From Eledone cirrhosa (Eukaryota), in the NCBI GenBank assembly GCA_964016885.1, contig OZ024740.1, positions 422,530,001 through 422,594,000 on the forward strand: a stretch of DNA of 64,000 bases, given 5' to 3'. The notes under the pieces were generated by a model. The model was not told the DNA's origin and searched no databases. It was given only the letters and a program-made list of their open reading frames with translations. Each line of letters starts with the position of its first letter. The first letter of the stretch is position 1. The translations under genes were made by a program, and so were the position numbers. This document shows, in pieces, positions 11,601-23,045 of the stretch.

Positions 11601-11962
11601 GCCTTCAAAACCAGTTTATCTAACCTACAGTTTGTGGTTGAAGAGGCGGTATTGTTTCCTATGTTGTGTTTGTAATGTACTGGGTAATTGCTGACCTTGT
11701 GCCAAAAGTAGAAACAATTATATTTTTGTCATCGTTGTGCAAATTTGGTTTATATATATATATAAATCAGGAAAGAAGAGTGACACGGTTTGCTATACAA
11801 AAGGTTTTTAATCTCATTGCTGACAATTGTTACCCCGTATGAATTGAGTTTGAATTATTTTTCCCACATCTTACGTTAACTATTTTCCCATTTTGACGCT
11901 AAAGTCACTTATATATTATGGTACACTGTTGGCTTCTTGCTACAATACTTTCTATACCTTTC

Positions 11963-11965
<3 letters not shown>

Positions 11966-12006
<41 letters not shown>

Positions 12007-12120
12007 GAAACAAGAAACGAACAAACAAAAGAATGCAATAACATGGAGGAAGAATATATATACATACACATAGATGTATATACACACACACACACACACA
12101 CGTATATACAGTCACACACA
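11966..12120. repeat. (TA)n and (CA)n microsatellites
   Basis: Read directly from the sequence. Confidence 0.9.
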
Positions 12121-12589
12121 CATGTACGGAGACATTCATTTGTAAACAGCAGTCGCCGTCGTAGATAATAGAATGGAATAATACATATGTATATGTCAAT
12201 TCAGAATGATTTATTTATTAGTAAAATAAAAATGTTTGAAATCAAATTATGTTCGATAATTATTCAAATAAATGTGAAAGAGAATTATTGTAATTAATTT
12301 AAATGAATGTAGAATGAAATTAAAACGATAATACGGCATATACAAGCTTGTCAACTAACTTTAGTGAAAATGCCGGAAAATCTTTGCAGAAATGTTTGAA
12401 AATATTAGCATGAATTAAAACGAGTGTTTTAGAGTTGTTTTCTGTTTATTTATTTTCATTTATTCACGCTTTCATTGTAATTTTGTTGAGATTTCGGTCG
12501 CCTTAACGTATGTAGAATTACGGTAAATTTATAGAAAACCACCCTCTGGCTAGAGTCACACGCCATGCTTTCCAGCATAGTTACGTCCC

Positions 12590-12640
12590 TTTACAGTCTG
12601 AGTTCAAATCCCGCCGAGGTTTACTTTGCCTTTCATCCTT
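12590..12640 (+). mobile_element. tRNA-derived SINE fragment
   Basis: B-box-like gagttcaaatcc followed by cgccgaggtttactttgcctttcatcctt. Same family as the minus-strand copies at 16716 and 27053. Confidence 0.7.
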
Positions 12641-12644
12641 ACGC

Positions 12645-12989
12645 TTTTTTTTTCTTCGTGTTTTCAACTAATCTGACCTCTGACATGTTGTAATCTAACC
12701 CCCTCCCCCTAAAACGGAATGGAAGGGTGGCTCTATATATTGAAATGGCTGAGAGGTACTTATCTGTATCCCCAAGGGTCCCCCTCGCCTCCGTTTTCGG
12801 AAGAAAAGGAGATCGGTTGAAAATATGGAAAACCCTCGGGTAAAAAAGAATTCCCACCGAAGAGAACTCCGAGGCTGGAAAAATCTGAGGGTCCCTCCTC
12901 GACCCTTATTCCGTTTTCGGGGAGAGAAAAAAAGTCGATTGCGAGCATGCCGGAGATCAGATTAGTTGAAACACGAAAAAAAAAAAAAT
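12645..12989. mobile_element. MITE-like element with about 50-bp terminal inverted repeats
   Basis: tttttttcttcgtgttttcaactaatctgacctctgacatgttgtaatc pairs with gattgcgagcatgccggagatcagattagttgaaacacgaaaaaaa. Confidence 0.7.
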
Positions 12990-13759
12990 ACTAAAAAAAA
13001 ATTTCTTAGCTAACTCCAGCTGGTGTTTTTCTATAAATTTATCGGAATTCCAATTTTAGACAGATACTTTGATATTTTCCTGTCATCAAGCAGTTACTAA
13101 GATTGTAAATAATTCCATTAAACACTACTTATGTGATACTTTGTATCACAATCATTCATACTTGATGCTACATTTTCATTATCTTCTGTTTCACGTCAAA
13201 CATTATGGAGGATTATGTGTTATCTGCTAGGCTAGAAATTCATCGTGAAGCTTTTCAACTACACTTCACTAAAACCTGTTTAAAAACAAACAAACTGTCA
13301 CACACTGAAACAAACGAACGAAATCTGGGAAAACTGAGATTTCACTATTTCTGTAAAATTAATTTAAAAAATACATTCCTTAGGCACTAGCTTTAGGGTA
13401 TTGTTTTATAAAAACTTGTTATCACATTTATGTAAAACATTTATTTAAAACCAAGAGATTTTCTTCCTAGAATAATCTGTCAATTGTGGATTTAGTTATA
13501 ATCCCAATAAAAACCATCCATACAGCTGAGATGATTTTAAAAATCTTTTATATCTTCTTTCATAGGAGACATTTTAATTTAAAATGATATCTAATTTTAT
13601 AAATTTACACAAAGGTTTCTTAAGAAAAGAATGCAACTCAGTGTGCTCAGGTAAATGAAAGTGTCATCTCACCTGGAAAACAAGTTAAAATTGGTAAAAC
13701 ATGGTAGAACAATCTGATAAAATAGCAAATATATTTACAACATAAAGTTCTCTGAATTG

Positions 13760-14032
13760 AGATATCTCAGCTCTGGTACTATGGGCATGTGGTTAGAATG
13801 TCTCAGGAAAGAATCGCTGGACAGATTTTACGGGCAAAACCAACCGGCAGGAGACCCAGAGGTAGACCCACCCTGAGCAAGATGGTTGGATAACATTCAT
13901 GAGCTTGGCTGGTCACGCTTGGGAATCCAGGTGGATCAGTTAGAGATTGTTGCTTCTGACTGGACCCACTAAAAGGAGTGTTTGAGGACTCTGCCCAACG
14001 ACCCTCTCAGGAATAAGTGGGTGAAGAAGAAA
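13760..14032 (+). mobile_element. 3' fragment of an RTE-clade LINE
   Basis: Translates as YYGHVVRMSQERIAGQILRAKPTGRRPRGRP..RWLDNI, the conserved RTE C-terminus, and ends in a short (GAA)n tail. Confidence 0.8.
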
Positions 14033-14617
14033 AGGTTTTCTAAACTTCTTTCCGTTATTAAAAAATCAACGCCTGGTCTAAATGCTCAAGGGTTGAATTG
14101 GAAACCTTTACAATAGGTGGTTTTATTTCATAGAACCAGAGCTGGTTTTGGCTGGGTTGGTAACTAAAGGGTTAAAAGAATGAAATTATAATTTCCTGAA
14201 TTAAAAGGTTCCTATCTGAAATATCAGACTTAGTAAACTATCAAGTATTTTTATATAGCTTGACTTTTGCTGTGTTGGACGGATCACCGTTCATTTCATT
14301 GAATTACTGTTATATTTATATAGGAGGGTTGGTAGAAAAGTTCATAGAATGACCAAATGAGGTTTACTTTTCAACATAGTTCCTGGAAAGTAACAATACA
14401 GTTATTAAGAAGAAGAGTTGAAATTAATGCATGCAAGATTTCACAGCTTTAGCATCATTCCTTCATAGTCAGTGTATTAACTTTTCAGCCAACCCTTGAG
14501 TATAGTGAATTATCTCTAATGTTGAACTTTAATATATATTTCTTTCTATTACAGGTTACCCTAGGATTATCATTGAGGTTTATCTTTTGGTAGTTCATAC
14601 TTTATTTAAATACAATA

Positions 14618-14862
14618 ATGGCTAGCCGGTCCAGCTCTGGTCATGCCAGTAGTCAACCAACAAGTCAACGACGTGCAACTGGTAGTACCACAAGCCGTAC
14701 TACAAATGGAGTTACTACTTCAGGGGCGGTAGCCTCTGGTGCTGGCACTTCTGCTCTTACTCAAAGCAGTGCTAGATCATGCAATGGAGATTCTAACAAA
14801 AATGACAACAAAGATTATAAAGTCTTAAAATATCACAAAGGGCTCAGTCCCAGTGCCAAAAG
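14618..14862 (+). CDS. UBE2E: First coding exon of a probable class III ubiquitin-conjugating enzyme (UBE2E family); exon 14555-14862
   Basis: Acceptor tttctttctattacag|G at 14554/14555, ATG at 14618, phase-2 donor AG|GTCAGT at 14862/14863. Encodes a Ser/Thr/Gly-rich N-terminal extension ending LSPSAKR. UBE2E proteins have a disordered extension ending LSTSAKR, followed by IQKELAEITLDPPPNCS. The downstream UBC-core exons are not seen in the window, so identity rests on a short motif. Confidence 0.6.
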
Positions 14863-14933
14863 GTCAGTTCCTTATTTTATCTATTTTTTTTTTAAATAAA
14901 AAAAAAAAAATTTCTTTTATTTTTCAGCTTTAA

Positions 14934-15337
14934 CCCTTTAGCATTTAAACTGGCTATATCTGGCCAGAACTCTCTCACCTCTTTCTGTTCAAACTGGTTG
15001 TAACTGGCCACTCATACTGATGTTAAGGTATTGTTCTCAAAATAAATAATATCCAAACCTCATAAATTCGATATTATGTGAGATAATTATGAAGTAAAGC
15101 CTTTACCATGAAAATATAAATTGTTAATATAAAGTAATGTAAATGCGGGTTAAACCGGCTGTATCCGGCCAGAATTCTTTCCCCTTTCCAAATTGGCTGT
15201 AATTGGCCACTCATACTGAGGTTAAGGTATTGTTCTCAAAATAAATATCAAGATCTTGTAGATTCGATATTATGTGAGATAAAGCCTTTACCACAAAAAT
15301 ACAATAGTATATATAGAGTAATGTAAATGCTAATGGG
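14934..15337. mobile_element. Head-to-tail dimer of a TTAA-flanked (piggyBac-like) MITE
   Basis: TTAA|ccctttagcattt... start. Two copies of the roughly 200-bp body are joined near 15150, and the end is degenerate (aaatgctaatggg). Homologous to 20724-20928. Confidence 0.8.
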
Positions 15338-16166
15338 TTCAACCTGGATTTCAGCCATAACTGACTGGTGGTTAAGGGTCAGACTATTAACTAAAGAATC
15401 AATCATTTATATTCTCTCATTGGATTGTCTGGCACTTTGATGTTTGTATGTTCTTATTTTTAAACAATCACATGTTTAGAAGGTGGCAGTGGAATTTGAA
15501 TTGAATTTGTAGCTTTCACGGTATTTTTTACTAAAGAAAATAGTTTAATAATATCAGGTCTTATAAGTCCCCCAAGAACACAAACAAATATGCACCAGTT
15601 TGCATGAGGATCAAACCCACACCCTCCAATCTCACTAAACGTGAACCTAATACCATTTGTAACTTGTATTCCTGCATTGTTGTTGTTGTTTTTTACTTTC
15701 CTATATATATATATATAATTTTGTCTCATATAAAATAATACAACTGGCTATCCGCAAAATACGTATAGTTAGCACCCCAAACGTATAATTGGGATTATAC
15801 TAAGGTATATCCTAATGTTTGTTGAGTGAGACGGAAGCCGGTCGGAGTATTGCTTAAAGCTTTCTCTGTTAATGTATTAAATATATATATATATATAATA
15901 TATATTCCAGTAAAAAGAGCAGATCTTTGTCTCAGGTTTTTGTTATCAGTTCAACAGATGTTTGTCTATCCGTGGACTTTATTTAGTTATCTTTTCTCAT
16001 TTTCTTATTCTTTGTTAAATTCTGTTAATTAGGTGCAGCCAGTCATGTTTATTACTTCAATAAATAAATTAATAAATTTAAGAGTTGCGTAATGGAAATA
16101 AAAATGAAAAAAAATGTATAGGAAGATTGTCATCATCATCACATTTACATTTGTTTTTCCATGCTG

Positions 16167-16211
<45 letters not shown>

Positions 16212-16239
16212 TAAGTGGTTGTTTTGGTGACACAACAAA

Positions 16240-16420
16240 AAACACCCAACCCACACTGTAAATGTGGTCGGCATTAGGATTGGCATCCAGCTGTAGAAAA
16301 CCAAGGCAGAATCAGTTCTGTATGAGCAAGACATGGTCATCTGATCTGGCTTGTATTACAACGGGTCAACTCGTCTAACCCATGCTAACGGAAAAATGAA
16401 CATTAGACAGTGATGATGTT
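16240..16420 (+). mobile_element. SINE 3' portion (ggcatccagctgtagaaaacc family) with RTE-like (GAT)n tail
   Basis: Core shared with copies at about 16490-16550 (-), 18767-18830, 20168-20278 (-) and 23520-23900. Tail aacccatgct...aaaatgaacattagacagtgatgatg. Confidence 0.7.
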
Positions 16421-16715
16421 TATACACACTAACACTACACATCCAATGGAGTGTATTTGTTGCATTTATTTGGTCGTCTCGCTCGTATAGGACTGTCTGG
16501 CAGGTTTTCTACAGCTGGATGCCCTTCCTAACACCAACCACGTTTACAGGCATCATAAAACTAATTTGTGGAAATCACTCATAACTCTAAATGAAGGTTA
16601 CATTAGTTATCAGCACTTCATCTGCTGCAGTAGCACCAATTTATCTAAATTCCTATTTCTGTATCTGTCTTTCTATAATAACTTCATCTTCTGGTTAGTT
16701 AATTCTAAGCTTTAA

Positions 16716-16910
16716 TAATTGTTTCTACTATTGGCACAAGGCCAGCAATTATCTCAGTGCATTACTGGTACTTTATTTTATCGATCCCGTAAGGATGAAA
16801 GGCAAAGTTAACCTCAGCAGGATTTGAACTCAGATCACAAAGGGCTGTACCTCTATGCTGCAAAGCATGGCGTCCGACCCCCTACCGATACTGCTAATTC
16901 ACCACCCTCG
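16716..16910 (-). mobile_element. tRNA-derived SINE
   Basis: Minus-strand B box gagttcaaatcc. Highly similar second copy at 27053-27242. Confidence 0.8.
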
Positions 16911-17182
16911 TAATCTTTAATAATAAGTGCTTTACACTCCTGTTCATTAAACAACCAGTGAGCAAGTAGTCATAGCTTATTGATTTACTGTCTCTTTTCC
17001 AGACATTTTACTAATAACCATTAATAAGCAATAATTTTTCATCAATCTCAACTTGATTTCGAAGAATAAAGAAAATTTTAGGAAGAAAAAAATCTATAAA
17101 TAACAGTTACGGTATAAAAATAAAAAAAAAAATCTTTTTGATTGTGCATCATAGTATAAACTGTCAAAAACCTGACATGGTA

Positions 17183-17870
17183 TCATCATCACCATCACCA
17201 CCACCATCATCGTCATCATCACCATCATCATCATATTCACCATCATCATCACCATCACCATCATCACCATCATCATCGTCACCATCATCGTCATCACCAT
17301 CATCACCATCACCACCATCATTGCCACCATCATCGCCACCACCATCACCACCACCATCGCCATCATCATCATCGTCACCATCACCACCATCACCACCATC
17401 ATCGCCACCACCATCATCGCCACCATCACCACCATCACCACCATCACCATCACCACCATCATTGCCACTATCATCACCACCATCATTGCCACTATCATCA
17501 CCACCATCATCGCCACCATCATCACCACCATCATCACCATCACCACCATCATTGCCACCATCATCACCACCATCATCACCACCATCATCACCACCATCAT
17601 CACCACCATCATCATCACCACCATCACCACCGTCATTGCCACCACCATCATCGCCACCACCATCGCCACCACCATCGCCACCATCATCGCCACCATCATC
17701 ACTACCATCATCACCACCATCATCACCATCACCACCATCATCGCCACCATCATCACCATAACCACCACCACCATCATCATCACCATCATCAGCATCATCA
17801 ATATCACCATCACCACCATCATCAACATCCTCAAGATCTTCATCGCCATCATCATCACAACCATCATCAT
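17183..17870. repeat. Long degenerate (CAT/CAC)n trinucleotide repeat
   Basis: About 690 bp of CAT/CAC/CGC/CGT triplets. Produces the spurious poly-M/V and poly-S/P ORFs. Confidence 0.97.
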
Positions 17871-18102
17871 TGTTTAATGTCTATTTTCCATGCTAGCATG
17901 GGTTAGACAGGTTGTCCCATTATATAAAGTAAATGAGAGAAATGTTTTTATGTCCTGTAATTGTTTGACCCAGGTCAGGTTTGATCTCGCAGACTAATAG
18001 ATCCAAAGTATTCTAGCTGTTACTATGTCAGCTTCTTTTAGACATAGATACATCTACGACCACATTATTTGATATCCCTCCTATTTTGTTTTAAGACGGT
18101 AA

Positions 18103-18368
18103 GGTAGGTGGTCTAGTGGTTAGGGTGTTGGACTTATGATCATGATATTGTGGGTTTGATTCCTGGACTAGGTTGTGTTCTTGAGCAAAACACTTGATGC
18201 TGCTCCAGTATACTCAGATGAAAATGAGTACCAGCAATAGTTTGGGGTTTAACTCTCTGATAGACTGGCATCCTGTCCAAGACGAGTCTTCTATTCTCAG
18301 TCACTTAATGCCATGGAAGCCAGGATAAGCACTGGCCTGATGAGCTACCGAGTTTGAGATAGACTTTA
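18103..18368 (+). mobile_element. tRNA-derived SINE
   Basis: A box tggtctagtgg and B box ggtttgattcc at tRNA-like spacing, followed by a non-tRNA body (tgtgttcttgagcaaaacactt...). Confidence 0.75.
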
Positions 18369-18505
18369 GAAGGCGTGATTTGAGGAAGATTTAACTGCTA
18401 TTTCTAGTCGGGCAATGTGGAGGTTCCCTTGTTGACTCTAATTCTTTGTGAATAGAACTTATTTTTGTTTAGTTTATTTAGAACAAACTATAGTTTATAT
18501 ATATG

Positions 18506-18790
18506 CACCCAGTACACTCTGTAATATGATAGTATTGGTGCCATAAAATACACCCAGTACACTCTGTAAAGTGATAGTATGAGTGCCATAAAATACACCC
18601 AGTACACTCTGTAGAGTGATAGTATAGATGCCATAAAATACACCCAGTACACTCTGTAAAGTGATAGTATAGATGCCATAAAATACACCCAGTACACTCT
18701 GTAAAGTGATAGTATTGGTGCTATAAAATACACCCAGTAATGTGATAGTATTGGTGCCATAAAATACACCCAGTACAGCCTGTAATGTGG
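18506..18790. repeat. 45-bp minisatellite, about 6.5 copies
   Basis: Unit cacccagtacactctgtaaagtgatagtattggtgccataaaata starting at 18506, 18551, 18596, 18641, 18686, 18731 (shortened) and 18767. Confidence 0.95.
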
Positions 18791-19475
18791 TTGTCAATAG
18801 AATGAGCTTCCAGCTGCAGAAACCTTGCTGGTATGTATGAGAATGACGTAGTCCTCAGATCTGTCTAACCCAGAGGTTCTCAAATGGCCACAAAATACTC
18901 TCAGCACCACCCCTACCCTATTTCTAGAGGGACCTGCCTACACGAAAATTGTGAATAATATATAATAAATAAAATTGTTAATTTATATATAATTAATAAT
19001 ATAATATATACTATGTATAAATAAATATTATATATTTTTTATTTAACTATATATATATACTAGCCGAATTACCCGTGTCTTGTTGCGTTTCACACTTTTT
19101 TTGTAAGAAAATGATGATTGATTTTAAATCAGTGATATAATTTATGGAGAACATCTCTATATTTCAATATTACTTAATGTAAAATGCAATGCATGAACAT
19201 TTGGAAAACATTATTTTTTGTAATATATCAAATCAAAATTACATTATTAAATCTTATTCTTATTTTGTTTCTTGTAAATAATTTTTTTCAAAATATCAAT
19301 TCAAAACTTTTGTGAATAAGCATCATATCTTGTCATTTACGTATGGTTTAAATTTCATATAAATCGAAGGGAAAAAATTTTCAGCAGGAGTTTGTGACCC
19401 CCGGGAACCCTTTGTTTTAAATGAAATATACTTATAGAAGTACCCTGGGCAATGTAGTTTCAGAATATATATGAT

Positions 19476-19800
19476 TATGGATAGCAGGCAAACTAACAGT
19501 TAGGGAGAAATACGTATGCAGTAGATGTACAGGGAAATTAGACAGTAGAAGTCGCATTGATAGACACATTTTTCAAATGCAGGCGGGTGCTATAGAAGTG
19601 GTGGATAGCTTCCGGTACCTAGGAGATCAGATTAGCATGGGAGGGCAGGGGGCGTTCCGAGGCCATAGTATCTAGAATAAGGACGGGTTGGAAGAAGTTT
19701 AGGGAGCTGCTTCCTCTGCTGACGAAGAAGGGTTTCTCCCTGCGTATGAAAGGCCGGTTATATGATGCCTGTGTGAGGAGCGCGATGCTGCATGGTAGTA
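19476..19800 (+). mobile_element. Internal RT-thumb fragment of an RTE-clade LINE
   Basis: Translates as IEVVDSFRYLGDQIS..., SRIRTGWKKFRELLPLLTKKGFSLRMKGRLYDACVRSAMLHGS. Confidence 0.85.
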
Positions 19801-20723
19801 AATAAAAAAAATGAAATGACCTTTATGAAAAAAGACATCTAATCATGACAATGTGGTAAAGGGTATGGAAACATTGAGTGAAAAGGTTTGAGAATGGGAG
19901 AGAGATAGACCTGTATTAAATAATATATATTTGAGGTATTCCAATAATTTAACAATGACCTGCCAACTCCACAGCAACTTGTAGAGGTGAGGATTTCAGC
20001 TTTATGGTTTACAGCTAGAGTTTATAGAATTGGAGTTCAGTGGGTAAATATAGACGGGGGAATTGACAACATTGAATTTGAGAATCTTTTCTCTTCCCAG
20101 GTAACCATCTAATATATATGTATGTGTGTATGTATATATATATTTCCTTTTTTCTATACTAGAAAATGGGTTAGACAAATTGTCTTGTTGTGACACAAGT
20201 CAGATCAGATGACCATGTCTTGCTCACTAAGAACTGTTTCTGGCTTGGTTTCTACAGCTGGATGCTCTTTCTAATGCCCCCCCCCCCCCCCCACACACAC
20301 ACACTAGCTGTTGAAACGGCAAGAGCTCAGCCGTCAGGATCCTGACTCTTTATAATACACACACACACACACACACACCATTATACATACTCTCTTTATC
20401 AACATGAAATAAGCAAGATATTTCTATACAATAATTATATTCTGTAAATACAGTACAAAAATATTCAGGCATATCTCAACATTTTCAAATGTCATGTGAC
20501 CACAATCTAACTTTTTCCCCCGTCATACACATGTGAAATCTAATTGTTAGGTTTGAAGGTTATTTTTCCCCTAGATATATGTACAAAATTTTACATAATA
20601 CAAAATATTTGGTGGAGTGAGGTGTAGTGATATTTCTTAAATGTTTTTAAATATCAGGTAGATAAAGGCTGAAGTTGTAAAGATATAGTTCCACTACTGT
20701 AAGATGGAAGATATCTTCATTAA

Positions 20724-20928
20724 CCCTTTAGCATTTAAACCGGCCATATCCGGCCTGAATTCTCTCACCTCATTCTGTTCAAACTGGCTGTAACCGGGCA
20801 ATCATACTGATGTTATGGTATTGTACACAAAGTAAATATCAAAATCCCATAGATTCGATATTATGTGAGGTAAAGCCTTTACAGTGAAAATACAATAGTA
20901 TATAGAGAGTAATGTAAATGCTAAAGGG
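20724..20928. mobile_element. Intact 205-bp piggyBac-like MITE
   Basis: TIR ccctttagcattta / taaatgctaaaggg with TTAA on both sides (20720-20723 and 20929-20932). Confidence 0.9.
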
Positions 20929-21342
20929 TTAAAGTTACATAACTAAAAGATCTTCAAAAGTGTCTATAAAATGTGGCTGAATCGGACTGCTTCTTCCAGC
21001 AGCCCTAATACTTGCCATTGTCCACCTACCGCTGTCTTTCAATCGTAATTCACGTGATAATTCTTCCATTCGAAATTATCACTGGTAGCAGATAACTCGT
21101 AAGAATCTTTCTTTATTGAGAAGTTCCCGGATGAGTTGAGAGATTTCTCACAGTGCTCAAAACTGCGATCACTCAACGAAACTGCAGTCGGGATATCAAA
21201 GTAAATAAGTAAATTTTTCTTATCTTGTTTACTTTTCCCAAATATAATTTGATATATATAAATATAATTTGATGTATATATATATGTATATATGTGTATA
21301 TGGTGGTAGTGGGGGGGGGGGGGGTATAGTAGTGAGGAAGGT

Positions 21343-21837
21343 ATGGTGGGGGTGGTAGTGATTGTGATGATGGTGGTGATGGTAGTAGTAGTGGTTGTGA
21401 TGGTAGTAGTAGTGGTTGTTGTGGTATTGGTGTTTGTGGTAGTTATTGTGATGGTGATGGTAGTAGTGGTTGTGATGATGGTGGTGGTAGTAGTAGTGGT
21501 TGTGATTGTAGTAGTAGTGGTTGGGATGGTAGTAGTAGTGGTTGTGATGGTGGTAGTGGTTGGGATGGTAGTAGTAGTGGTTGTGATGGTGGTAGTGGTA
21601 GTGGTTGTGATGGTAGTAGTAGTGGTTGTGATGGTGGTAGTGGTTGTGATGGTAGTGGTTGTGGTGGTAGTGGTTGTGATGGTGGTAGTGGTAGTGGTTG
21701 TGATGGTAATTGTAGTGTTTGTGATGGTGGTAGTGGTAGTGGTTGGGATGGTAGTAGTAGTGTTTGTGATGGTGGTAGTGATTGTGATGGTGGTGGTGGC
21801 GGTGGTGATGGTAGTTGTGATGGTAGTGGCGGCGGTG
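21343..21837. repeat. Long degenerate (GTG/GTA/GTT/ATG)n trinucleotide repeat
   Basis: About 500 bp. Produces the spurious poly-T, poly-H and poly-V ORFs. Confidence 0.97.
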
Positions 21838-22187
21838 AAGAAACATTTCACCAATTTCTTTTTATATCCTCAACATAAGGTGTTGCCTTGTACCTCACTT
21901 TTTATTTTGTTTTTATTGATTAATATATCAAATAGAATCACTTGAACGTATTTCCTGGCTCTGTACTCTGAATATTTCACTAATATAACACCGTTGTCTT
22001 TTCCACTGGAATAACTAATACTTGGTTTCACCGTGTGTCTCTTCACCAGACTCTGGCCATGCTGGAACACTGCCTTACAGGGATTTACTTCAACATATTA
22101 CCTTTATTTGTTTGTTTTTTTTTGTTTTTGTTTCTTTTTGCTTTTCATGATTGGTTCTTTTGTCAAATTGCTAATTTATGGGGCAGA

Positions 22188-22296
22188 AACACAGACACAG
22201 ACAGACAGACACAGACAGACACACACAGACACACACAGACACACACACACACACAGACACACACAGACACACACACACACACACACTTACACACAC
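22188..22296. repeat. (CA)n/(CAGA)n microsatellite
   Basis: Read directly from the sequence. Confidence 0.95.
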
Positions 22297-22810
22297 TTAG
22301 CCTAAGGAGAGAAATAGTAAAACAGAAGAGAATAAGGACTATATATATATTAATAAATGTAAAATATCTTTATAAAACCATATTTATTTTATTATACGTA
22401 TTTCAAGGGTACTGATATTTAAGTACGTTTTCGTCAGATGAAATATAATAATTGGTGTAAAGATAGTGACATATCTTCATGTGGACTTCATGTTATAAGT
22501 TCAATAGTATATGTGTGTGTAAAAAAAGTATATGTACACACACACACACATACAAAATATGAGGAAATAATAGACAAAAATATACCTATTTTCTCTTCAA
22601 AGTCCCAACTGCAGTTTCAACGAATTAATGTGGCATATAGAGATATGTTTCATTGGCTTATTACACCAACTCGTATTAGGGATGCACCAATAATCAAATT
22701 AGTTGATTACCAATTAATCTGCCTTGCTTTACTGACTGGTACCAATTGTCTGCTGATGGGAAAAAGGGTTGTAACTAAATACTACAAAGTATTTTATAGG
22801 ACATTACTGT

Positions 22811-23045
22811 CATCATCATCATCATCATCATTTTACGTCCACTTTTCCCTGCTTGCAAGGGTGGGACAGGTCCTATTCAGCACAGCATCTCTCCATTTGT
22901 CACAGTCCTTCGTCATCTCCTTCGCGATCTGAGGTCTGCTCCCACCACCTCCGCCCATGTTTTTCGTGGTCTTCCTCTACTGCGTCTTCCTCTACTGCGT
23001 CTTCCTTCTACTGGCATTTCATAGCTCCAATATTGCCCACCACCC
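22811..23045 (-). mobile_element. 3' end of an RTE-clade LINE with (GAT)n tail
   Basis: Minus strand encodes RGRPRKTWAEVVGADLRSR, followed by a 3'UTR and (GAT)n. Confidence 0.75.

Noticed and set aside
14863-14899. Extension of the 14618 ORF to SVPYFIYFFFK*
   Set aside because: It reads through a good GTCAGT donor into T/A-rich intron-like sequence, so it is treated as intron.
17094-17870. 258-aa Met/Val ORF and 207-aa Ser/Pro (extensin-like) ORF
   Set aside because: By-products of a stop-free triplet microsatellite.
18103-18170. tRNA gene
   Set aside because: A and B boxes are present but there is no convincing cloverleaf, and it continues into a SINE body.
18488-18797. ORFs with 15-aa repeats
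   Set aside because: The 45-bp unit is a multiple of three and SINE-derived, so these are not evidence of a protein.
19059-19470. Possible minus-strand Helitron remnant (a|ctagccgaattacccg...)
   Set aside because: The hairpin is degenerate and no 5' end is identifiable, so it is too weak to call.
21039-21945. Poly-Thr (mucin-like), poly-His and poly-Val ORFs
   Set aside because: By-products of a triplet microsatellite, with no supporting splice or domain evidence.
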